This document shows, in pieces, positions 1 through 7,081 of a DNA stretch of 32,000 nucleotides. The translations under genes and the position numbers were made by a program. The stretch spans positions 1,020,001-1,052,000 of the forward strand of contig NC_022349.1 in assembly GCF_000354175.2 (NCBI RefSeq), given 5' to 3'. Position 1 is the stretch's first letter, and every line of letters begins with the position of its first letter. The notes beneath the pieces were generated by a model. That model saw only the letters and a list, made by a program, of their open reading frames with translations, was not told the DNA's origin and did no database searches. The stretch is from Vibrio alginolyticus NBRC 15630 = ATCC 17749. GTDB lineage: Bacteria; Pseudomonadota; Gammaproteobacteria; Enterobacterales; Vibrionaceae.

Positions 1-368
1 AAAGCTTCCCTGCCGTGCATCATTTGGTGAGCACCATTCGTGCAAATTTGGATGAACAATACGCTCCTGCGGATTTGCTGCGAGCGTGTTTTCCAGGCGG
101 TTCAATTACGGGAGCACCTAAAGTTCGCGCAATGCAGATTATTGAAGAACTGGAGCCGCATCGACGCAGCGCGTATTGCGGCAGTATTGGCTACATTTCA
201 CGCCATGGTCGTATGGACACCAGCATTACTATCCGAACTCTTGTAGCGGAAAAAAACAAACTTTACGCTTGGGCTGGCGGCGGCGTCGTGGCAGATAGCG
301 ATTGCGCCTCTGAGTATCAAGAAACGTTGGATAAGCTTTCAAAGATTTTGCCAGCGCTGCAATCGTAG
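1..368 (+). CDS. pabB: aminodeoxychorismate synthase component I, C-terminal fragment (5' end lies outside the window)
   Basis: The frame is open from the window edge. The translation (FPAVHHLVSTIRA...FPGGSITGAPKVRAMQIIEELEPHRRSAYCGSIGYIS...DTSITIRT...GGGVVADS) matches the chorismate-binding enzyme C-terminus and aligns with E. coli PabB as I recall it. The E. coli-like neighbourhood pabB-nudL-sdaA supports the call. Confidence 0.85.
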   Translation, partial: SFPAVHHLVSTIRANLDEQYAPADLLRACFPGGSITGAPKVRAMQIIEELEPHRRSAYCGSIGYISRHGRMDTSITIRTLVAEKNKLYAWAGGGVVADSDCASEYQETLDKLSKILPALQS

Positions 369-417
369 GTTTCAACAGCACACAACGCCGCTTTAATGCT
401 ATTGACGAAAACAATCT

Positions 418-660
418 AAAACGCCTCCAGAACGGATAATGCCGCTCATTTAACAGCGAGTGGCATATTTCTGTATCTCATCACCCTGCACAGCGACGAA
501 GGAGCGTGATACAGGTTCTTCTATTCAAGCACTTTGTGGTCAAATTTGTTTCATTACCCGCTCATCGTGTTGCTACTAGATTCTTAGTCTCGCCAAGGCT
601 CGCTAGAATGACCCAAAAAACATCGTTAAACGAGCGGCATTATCCAGTTTGGTGCGTTTT
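418..660. repeat. Long-range imperfect inverted repeat pair (arms 418-454 and 625-660) enclosing about 170 nt of non-coding sequence
   Basis: Arm A (418-454) is aaaacgcctccagaacggataatgccgctcatttaac. The reverse complement of 625-660 is aaaacgcaccaaactggataatgccgctcgtttaac. The core ggataatgccgctcNtttaac matches at 20/21 positions and the outer aaaacgc is exact. A T-run (657-663) follows arm B on the plus strand. T-rich sequence follows arm A on the minus strand. Confidence 0.6.
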
Positions 661-733
661 TTTGTGTGTTTTATTTGCATGTACTTTAGCTTTTAGCCGT
701 TGGCCAACAAACATACTTTTTAAGAGGCAGCGT

Positions 734-2434
734 CTACTGCTCAAGCCACTTACACATAATCTGTTCGATATCGGTTGCGGTGTACGGCTTAGTGAGTATG
801 TCGTCCATGCCTGAATCAATGCACTTTTGACGCTCTTCGATGGTAGTGCCAGCGGTTAATGCAATAATAGGATGAGTAAAGCCACGCTCTCTCAGATACA
901 TCGTCGCCTCATAACCATCCATTTCTGGCATTCGGCAGTCCATGAATATCAGTTCGTAGTCTTTACTTTTCACCGCTTCTAATGCTTCTTTTCCGTTGGC
1001 TTTTAAATCAGGTGTAATGTCGAGTTTTTTCAGCATTTGAGTAACAATGACTTGATTCATTCTGATGTCATCAACCACTAATATTGAGCGTCCTGCTAAA
1101 TCGCTTCGCTCTATAGTGACCAATTCCCCCTCTGCTGTGCCTTGTGCTTGCCCTTCCTCAAGAGGAATAGCAACTTTAAAAGTTGTCCCTTTGCGCTCTT
1201 CACTCTCAAAGCTAATTTGACCTTGCATCAAATCCACGAGGTTTTTACAAATCGCGAGACCTAAACCTGAGCCTTCAAAGCTGCGTTTCGCCGAGCGATC
1301 AACTTGGACAAATGGATCAAAGAGTGACGGCTGTGCTTTTATTGGGATGCCAATACCAGTGTCTTCAACCTCAAAATAAGCCGTGCCGTTAAGCCATTCC
1401 ACCCGTAACACGACACCACCCAAGTGAGTAAACTTAATCGCGTTTCCCACCAAGTTAACCAAAATTTGTGTAATGCGCTCTAAGTCACCGACTAAAAACT
1501 CAGGGATCCCCAGCTTTTTGTCGATAGAGAAATGGATGCGTTTTTCCGCAGCCTTAGCGGCAAATACACCCATGATGGCTTTTTCAAGCTCCTCCCAGGC
1601 AAAAACTTTATGTATGATTTCCATCATACCGGCATTCATCTTACTGAAATCAAGAAGATCATTAATGATCACTCTCAATAAGTCCCCTGATTGAGTCAGA
1701 TTGCTCAAGTATTGACGCTGCTCTTCTTCTAATTGGGTTCGACTCAATAACTCCGCACTACCCAATACGCCATTGAGAGGAGTTCGCAGCTCATGGTTAA
1801 TCATGGCGACAAACTCCTTCGTCGCTTTTTCTGATTCCTCAGCCCGCTTTCTCAGCTCGACCTCTCGCTCTAAACTTAAGTGTCGACCAATAACACCATG
1901 AACTAAGTCAGACACGAGCTCCATCTGTTTGGAAATAAAAGACTGATCGATTTGATCTTGCAACACAGAGAAAATCAACTCCCCAACCGTTTCCCCATCA
2001 ATGATAACTGGCAAATGCAAATTCTCTCCCTGCCAATTAGGAGTGGTGAAAATCTCGTTGTTATGACGAAGCTGTATGTGACCAAAGTGATGACGACGCA
2101 ATGAGCTCAGCTTTGTAGCGTCAAGAAACAAGTAAGCCGCAGAAATGATCGAGTTAGAAGTAAGCTGCTCAATAAAGCTCGCTATCATTGCTTCATCGAA
2201 CGTGCTCGATAAAAAAGTACGACCGAACTTAATCAACGTCGCATCAATTTGCTCTTCAAACTCAAACTTACGAAGATCCTTTTTAGATTTCAGCTCTAGC
2301 TTTTTCAATGCAACACTGAGTTGCTGGTTGGATTCATATAACTCTAAGCTTTTCTGTTCCAACAGCTGCTCAGCTGCTTTTCTTGATGCAACTTCTCGTT
2401 TGAGTTTCCTTTCTAATGAGGAACTTCCCGTCAT
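734..2434 (-). CDS. H-NOX-associated hybrid sensor histidine kinase (coiled-coil/sensor N-terminus, HisKA, HATPase_c, C-terminal REC); HqsK/HnoK-like
   Basis: 566-aa ORF with an H-box MINHELRTPLNG, N-box LVNLVGNAIKFT and G-boxes DTGIGI / GSGLGLAI. The C-terminal receiver reads ILVVDDIRMN...LIFMDCRMPEMDG...ALTA...TKPY. Its start lies 7 nt downstream of the H-NOX gene stop, so the two form an operon. Confidence 0.85.
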   Translation of the reverse strand: MTGSSSLERKLKREVASRKAAEQLLEQKSLELYESNQQLSVALKKLELKSKKDLRKFEFEEQIDATLIKFGRTFLSSTFDEAMIASFIEQLTSNSIISAAYLFLDATKLSSLRRHHFGHIQLRHNNEIFTTPNWQGENLHLPVIIDGETVGELIFSVLQDQIDQSFISKQMELVSDLVHGVIGRHLSLEREVELRKRAEESEKATKEFVAMINHELRTPLNGVLGSAELLSRTQLEEEQRQYLSNLTQSGDLLRVIINDLLDFSKMNAGMMEIIHKVFAWEELEKAIMGVFAAKAAEKRIHFSIDKKLGIPEFLVGDLERITQILVNLVGNAIKFTHLGGVVLRVEWLNGTAYFEVEDTGIGIPIKAQPSLFDPFVQVDRSAKRSFEGSGLGLAICKNLVDLMQGQISFESEERKGTTFKVAIPLEEGQAQGTAEGELVTIERSDLAGRSILVVDDIRMNQVIVTQMLKKLDITPDLKANGKEALEAVKSKDYELIFMDCRMPEMDGYEATMYLRERGFTHPIIALTAGTTIEERQKCIDSGMDDILTKPYTATDIEQIMCKWLEQ

Positions 2435-2441
2435 ATCGTTC

Positions 2442-2981
2442 TTATTGAGCCTCTAACCAAAAACGTACTTTGCTACCATCTTCTGACTGATTTTGATGTT
2501 TGATATGAACTACCTCACCAAAATGTGCAGCACAACCTTTTATCAACCCTAAGCATACGTGAGACATACATCTTGCGCTGTGGTAGTCAAATACCAATTG
2601 GGATTGGTTTTCACTAATGAAATCAAATTGCGGAGGGTTAGCATCAGGATAGAGCTTCTTAACTTCGACATGAATAAAGTCTTCAACATGGCGAACAAAT
2701 TGAAACGTCGTTTCACACTGTTGCAAACTAGCGTGACTAGGAATGGAGCGAAGTAAATTCAAAAAAACGCACTCTCCAAACACTTCTTGCAGTTGCTCGG
2801 GGGGAACACCAGATACTTTACTGAGATTCACGATCAACTTAACCAAATCTTTGTGATCGTAACTACCAACAGCGGTGTAAACACCTTCATCGTTAGAAAG
2901 GTCGAGAACTTGGTCTAACACATCAAGACCGAATTTCTCTTCTACTAACTCCATGAACTCGGTGAAAATAATCCCTTTCAT
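2442..2981 (-). CDS. hnoX: H-NOX (heme nitric oxide/oxygen binding) sensor protein
   Basis: 179-aa ORF with the typical H-NOX N-terminus MKGIIFTEFMELVEEKFG. It has a candidate proximal His in FIHVEVKKLYP (H104) and the Y-x-S-x-R heme-propionate motif (YHSAR, aa 133-137). It sits immediately upstream of a histidine kinase. Confidence 0.85.
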   Translation of the reverse strand: MKGIIFTEFMELVEEKFGLDVLDQVLDLSNDEGVYTAVGSYDHKDLVKLIVNLSKVSGVPPEQLQEVFGECVFLNLLRSIPSHASLQQCETTFQFVRHVEDFIHVEVKKLYPDANPPQFDFISENQSQLVFDYHSARCMSHVCLGLIKGCAAHFGEVVHIKHQNQSEDGSKVRFWLEAQ

Positions 2982-3212
2982 TGGCCAATACTTGCCCTAT
3001 AGTGACGTCCTAAAATAAAGAATGGTGTATAACCTTATAAGTTTCAAATTAATATGTTCAAGCAGAGTGAGACACACAACACAAAGAGGGAAAGTGCTGG
3101 CGAGTGCTTTAATGCGAATGTTTTATTTGGTAACCAGTAACGATAACGACATACGCTTTGTCGTCTTTGAGTATAATAAATAATGGTTAGGCACGATAAA
3201 TAAGGACTCAGT

Positions 3213-3812
3213 TTGGTTATCGACAAAACTCATTTACTACAGAACTTTCAATTTCGGCTTCCAACGGGCTACCACAAAGAGTCCCTTGCACGACTGAAAT
3301 GGATGAAAGAAAAGTCCCTGAGAGATGCGGCAGTCTTAATCGGTTTTGTGGAACGCGATGACGGGTTACAAGTCATTCTGACTAAGCGCGCAGCCCACTT
3401 ACGCCATCATCCGGGACAAATCAGCTTTCCCGGTGGCAAATATGAGCAGGAAGATATTCAGCTCGTGAATACCGCTTTAAGGGAAACCAAAGAAGAAGTT
3501 GGGATAGAAGATGAGCATATTCATGTGTTTGGTCAACTGCCTACACTACCAACGATTAGTCAGTTTAATGTGACGCCTTTTTTGGCTTTTGTTTCTCCGG
3601 AATATAAAACGCATATTGACCCAAATGAAGTAGAGTCAGTTTTTGAGGTTCCTGCCAACCATATTCTGAACCCCAAAAAATTGTATAGCACCAAATTTGA
3701 CCTAAAAAGAAGCAGTCATCGTGTATTTGCTATCCCATATAGACAGCATTTCATCTGGGGCATGACGGCACAAATTATCGAATCAATGCAAAAACATATT
3801 ATTTCACATTAA
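3213..3812 (+). CDS. nudL: CoA pyrophosphatase, Nudix hydrolase family
   Basis: Nudix box GQISFPGGKYEQEDIQLVNTALRETKEEVGI. The C-terminus FIWGMTAQII aligns with E. coli NudL (YFVWGMTAGII). The TTG start at 3213 gives an N-terminus (LLQNFQFRL) that aligns with E. coli LDDFLSRFQL. The start codon remains uncertain. Confidence 0.8.
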   Translation: MVIDKTHLLQNFQFRLPTGYHKESLARLKWMKEKSLRDAAVLIGFVERDDGLQVILTKRAAHLRHHPGQISFPGGKYEQEDIQLVNTALRETKEEVGIEDEHIHVFGQLPTLPTISQFNVTPFLAFVSPEYKTHIDPNEVESVFEVPANHILNPKKLYSTKFDLKRSSHRVFAIPYRQHFIWGMTAQIIESMQKHIISH

Positions 3813-3917
3813 ACAGTTGTTGATATCGGTGCTTTTATAGGCGCGATCATTATGCGCATCAATATTAATAAAACGTTGCTTCATAAACATTCATTCACAT
3901 TAGATTAATTTTCCATT

Positions 3918-3941
3918 TTCACCGCAAACGCTTGCGGTGAA
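3918..3941. promoter_or_regulatory. Perfect inverted repeat (10-bp arms, 4-nt spacer) between nudL and sdaC
   Basis: The sequence is ttcaccgcaa-acgc-ttgcggtgaa. It lies about 105 nt after the nudL stop and is followed by ataaattta, with no clean T-run. It could be a weak terminator or a protein-binding palindrome. Confidence 0.35.
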
Positions 3942-4157
3942 ATAAATTTATACAAACAGCCCTATTGATAAGTTTTTCTAATTTTACTCATTAGCAGAAA
4001 TCACGAGTAGCACATCATTTTCGTGATAAAAAGCAGGTTTTTGACATATCATTCAATAAGCGTAAGCAATAAATGATTTAGATCTAATTTTCCTAGTGTA
4101 AAATCTTGCAAAATTACTCCCGACTTATTTCCTGTTCCCAAAATGAGTAACTAAAAA

Positions 4158-5411
4158 ATGAATACAACTACTTCTGCGGTTTCTACCGCACAATCGTCTA
4201 GTAAGTTTTCTTACAAAGACTTTACCTGGTGTCTGTCCCTTTTTGGTACGGCAGTAGGTGCAGGTGTACTGTTCCTTCCTATTAAAGCAGGTGCAGGTGG
4301 CTTCTGGCCATTAGTAATCCTAGCCCTAATCGCAGCACCAATGACTTGGTTCGCACACAAATCTTTAGCTCGTTTCGTTCTTTCTGCGAAAAACCCTGAA
4401 GCGGACATCACCGACACAGTAGAAGAGCACTTTGGTAAGACTGGCGCAAACCTTATTACGTTCGCTTACTTCTTCGCTATCTACCCAATCGTACTTATCT
4501 ACGGTGTTGGTATCACAAACACAGTTGACTCTTTCCTAGTTAACCAAATGGGCATGGAATCTATTCCTCGCTGGCTACTTTCTGGTGCACTTATTGCTGC
4601 AATGACAGCAGGCGTAGTATTCGGTAAAGAGCTTATGCTGAAAGCAACTTCAGCAATGGTTTACCCTCTCGTGTTCATCCTACTAGCACTGTCTGTATAC
4701 CTAATTCCTGGTTGGAACACTTCAATGATGGAAGTGTCACCTGACTGGGGTGCAATGCCAGCTATCGTTTGGCTAGCAATCCCTGTTATTGTGTTCTCTT
4801 TCAACCACAGCCCAATCATTTCTCAGTTCTCTAAAGAGCAACGTCGTGTATATGGTGATGACGCAGTTAAGAAAACTGACGCTATCACTGGTGGCGCAGC
4901 AATGATGCTGATGGGCTTTGTTATGTTCTTCGTTTTCTCTGTTGTACTTTCTCTGTCTCCAGAGCAACTAGCAACAGCGCAAGAGCAAAACATCTCTGTT
5001 CTTTCTTACCTAGCAAACGTGCATGAATCTCCACTGATCTCTTACATGGGTCCATTGGTTGCTTTCGCAGCGATCACCTCTAGCTACTTTGGCCACTTCT
5101 TGGGTGCGCACGAAGGTCTAGTTGGTCTAGTGAAATCTCGTTCAAAATCACCAGTAAGTAAGATCGAGAAGATGTCTCTAATCTTCATTGTAATCACAAC
5201 TTGGATCGTTGCTATCGTTAACCCAAGCATCCTAGGTATGATTGAAACAATGGGTGCACCGATGATTGCGGCAATCCTATTCTTGATGCCAATCTTCGCA
5301 ATGCAAAAAGTTCCTGCGATGGCTAAGTACAAAACTTCAGCACCTGTGCAAATTTTCACAGCAATCTGTGGTCTTGCTGCAATTAGTTCTGTAATCTACG
5401 GCGCTCTTTAA
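4158..5411 (+). CDS. sdaC: serine transporter, HAAAP family (SdaC-like)
   Basis: 417-aa polytopic membrane protein. It aligns along its whole length with E. coli SdaC as recalled (GTAVGAGVLFLPI, DITDTVEEHFG, FSFNHSPIIS, NPSILGMIETMGAPMIA, QKVPAM). It lies directly upstream of L-serine dehydratase. Confidence 0.88.
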   Translation: MNTTTSAVSTAQSSSKFSYKDFTWCLSLFGTAVGAGVLFLPIKAGAGGFWPLVILALIAAPMTWFAHKSLARFVLSAKNPEADITDTVEEHFGKTGANLITFAYFFAIYPIVLIYGVGITNTVDSFLVNQMGMESIPRWLLSGALIAAMTAGVVFGKELMLKATSAMVYPLVFILLALSVYLIPGWNTSMMEVSPDWGAMPAIVWLAIPVIVFSFNHSPIISQFSKEQRRVYGDDAVKKTDAITGGAAMMLMGFVMFFVFSVVLSLSPEQLATAQEQNISVLSYLANVHESPLISYMGPLVAFAAITSSYFGHFLGAHEGLVGLVKSRSKSPVSKIEKMSLIFIVITTWIVAIVNPSILGMIETMGAPMIAAILFLMPIFAMQKVPAMAKYKTSAPVQIFTAICGLAAISSVIYGAL

Positions 5412-5462
5412 TCATCTCTGCCCAGTGCAGTATGATTAATCCAAAAATATAACGATAAAATT

Positions 5463-5490
5463 AAGCCTCCCAACTCCCCTTGGGAGGCTT
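5463..5490 (+). promoter_or_regulatory. Intercistronic stem-loop between sdaC and sdaA (10-bp perfect stem, 8-nt loop)
   Basis: aagcctccca (5463-5472) pairs with tgggaggctt (5481-5490). It is followed by tcttct, then a GAGG RBS (5497-5500) and the sdaA ATG at 5509. Confidence 0.5.
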
Positions 5491-5508
5491 TCTTCTGAGG
5501 TAATCGAT

Positions 5509-6870
5509 ATGATTAGTGTTTTTGATATCTATAAAATCGGTGTTGGACCTTCAAGCTCACACACTGTAGGCCCAATGAAAGCGGGTAAAGAGTTTATTGA
5601 TGATCTTCGTGCAATGGGAAAACTGCGCGACATCACTAAAATCACCGTTGACGTTTATGGATCACTATCACTGACAGGGAAAGGTCACCACACAGATATT
5701 GCTATCATCATGGGTCTTGCAGGCAACACTCCTGAGAAAGTTGATATCGATTCTATCCCGGGCTTTATCGCTCGTGTAGAAGAAACTGAACGCCTTCCTG
5801 TTGGCATGCACTGTCACACAGTATCGTTCCCACGTGAAGGTGGAATGAACTTCCACAAAACAAACCTAGAGCTACACGAAAACGGCATGCAGATCCACGC
5901 TTGGATTGATGACGAAAAGGCGTACTCAAAAACTTACTACTCTATCGGCGGTGGTTTCATCGTTGATGAAGAAAATTTCGGTAAAGAAGCTGAAAACCCA
6001 GTAAAAGTACCTTACCCGTTTACAACGGCAGAGGAACTGGTTAACCAATGCCACGAAAGTGGATTGTCCATCAGCGCACTAACCATGAAGAATGAGCATG
6101 CGCTTCATTCAGATGAAGAAACTCGTACTTATTTCGCAAACATCTGGCGCACAATGCGCGAGTGTATGGATCGCGGTATGAATGAAGAAGGTATTTTGCC
6201 TGGTCCACTGCGTGTGCCTCGCCGTGCAGCAGCACTTCGCCAGCAGCTACTTACTTCAGAAAAGACAACAAACGACCCAATGTCTGTTGTTGATTGGGTA
6301 AACATGTTTGCTTTCGCAGTAAACGAAGAGAACGCAGCAGGTGGCCGCGTTGTTACAGCACCAACTAACGGTGCGTGTGGCATCATCCCTGCGGTACTGG
6401 CTTACTACGATAAGTTCATCCAAACTGTGACTGAAAAAGATTACATCCGTTACTTTGCAGCTTCTGGCGCAATCGGTGGTCTTTACAAGCGTAACGCGTC
6501 GATCTCTGGTGCAGAGGTTGGCTGTCAGGGTGAAGTTGGCGTGGCATGTTCTATGGCAGCAGCAGGCCTTGCTGAGCTTATGGGTGGTAGCCCAGAGCAA
6601 GTATGTATGGCAGCAGAAATCGCAATGGAGCACAACTTAGGTCTAACGTGTGACCCAGTTGCAGGTCAGGTTCAGGTTCCATGTATCGAGCGTAACGGTA
6701 TTGCGGCAGTAAAAGCAATCAACTCTACTCGTATGGCACTACGTCGCTCTTCAGCTCCAACTGTTTCTCTAGATAAGGTTATCGAAACCATGCTAGAAAC
6801 AGGTAAAGACATGAACGCGAAATACCGCGAAACATCTCAAGGTGGTCTAGCAATCAAAGTGATTTGCTAA
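5509..6870 (+). CDS. sdaA: L-serine dehydratase (L-serine ammonia-lyase), single-chain Fe-S type
   Basis: 453-aa ORF with N-terminus MISVFDIYKIGVGPSSSHTVGPM and the internal motifs TNGACGIIPAVL and SGAEVGCQGEVGVACSMAA, which are typical of SdaA/SdaB. I cannot distinguish sdaA from sdaB using sequence alone. Confidence 0.93.
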   Translation: MISVFDIYKIGVGPSSSHTVGPMKAGKEFIDDLRAMGKLRDITKITVDVYGSLSLTGKGHHTDIAIIMGLAGNTPEKVDIDSIPGFIARVEETERLPVGMHCHTVSFPREGGMNFHKTNLELHENGMQIHAWIDDEKAYSKTYYSIGGGFIVDEENFGKEAENPVKVPYPFTTAEELVNQCHESGLSISALTMKNEHALHSDEETRTYFANIWRTMRECMDRGMNEEGILPGPLRVPRRAAALRQQLLTSEKTTNDPMSVVDWVNMFAFAVNEENAAGGRVVTAPTNGACGIIPAVLAYYDKFIQTVTEKDYIRYFAASGAIGGLYKRNASISGAEVGCQGEVGVACSMAAAGLAELMGGSPEQVCMAAEIAMEHNLGLTCDPVAGQVQVPCIERNGIAAVKAINSTRMALRRSSAPTVSLDKVIETMLETGKDMNAKYRETSQGGLAIKVIC

Positions 6871-6893
6871 CACGCCTTTCTGAATACCAATCA

Positions 6894-6921
6894 AAACCCG
6901 AGTTTATGCTCGGGTTTTTTT
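6894..6921 (+). terminator. Rho-independent terminator after sdaA
   Basis: aaacccgag / ctcgggttt forms a 9-bp stem with loop tttatg, followed by a T-run (6915-6921). Confidence 0.8.
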
Positions 6922-6984
6922 ATACCCCAAAAACCCAGGAGAATGCGTTATCAGGACAAGTAAAAAAAACCTAAAACGTTGAAT

Positions 6985-7005
6985 ATATCCAAATATTATG
7001 GATAT
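6985..7005. promoter_or_regulatory. Near-perfect 21-bp AT-rich palindrome upstream of the wHTH-EAL gene
   Basis: atatcca-aatatta-tggatat has 7-bp perfect arms and ends 77 nt upstream of the ATG at 7082. It is a candidate operator; its function is unknown. Confidence 0.3.
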
Positions 7006-7081
7006 CTCAGTAAAAAATCACATCTCTTCCCTAGCTTTATTGATAACGTAGCCAAAAATTAAACTTGGAGCACATCAACAC

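Noticed and set aside
455-480. Sigma-54-like TGGCAT-N5-TGTAT near 461-475
   Set aside because: The -12 element does not match TTGC, and no downstream gene lies in the correct orientation.
506-814. 102-aa plus-strand ORF in the pabB/kinase intergenic region
   Set aside because: It has no convincing RBS. It runs through the inverted-repeat element and into the 3' end of the convergent kinase gene. Its composition is Cys/Phe/Leu-rich and resembles no family I recognise. It is most likely a chance ORF.
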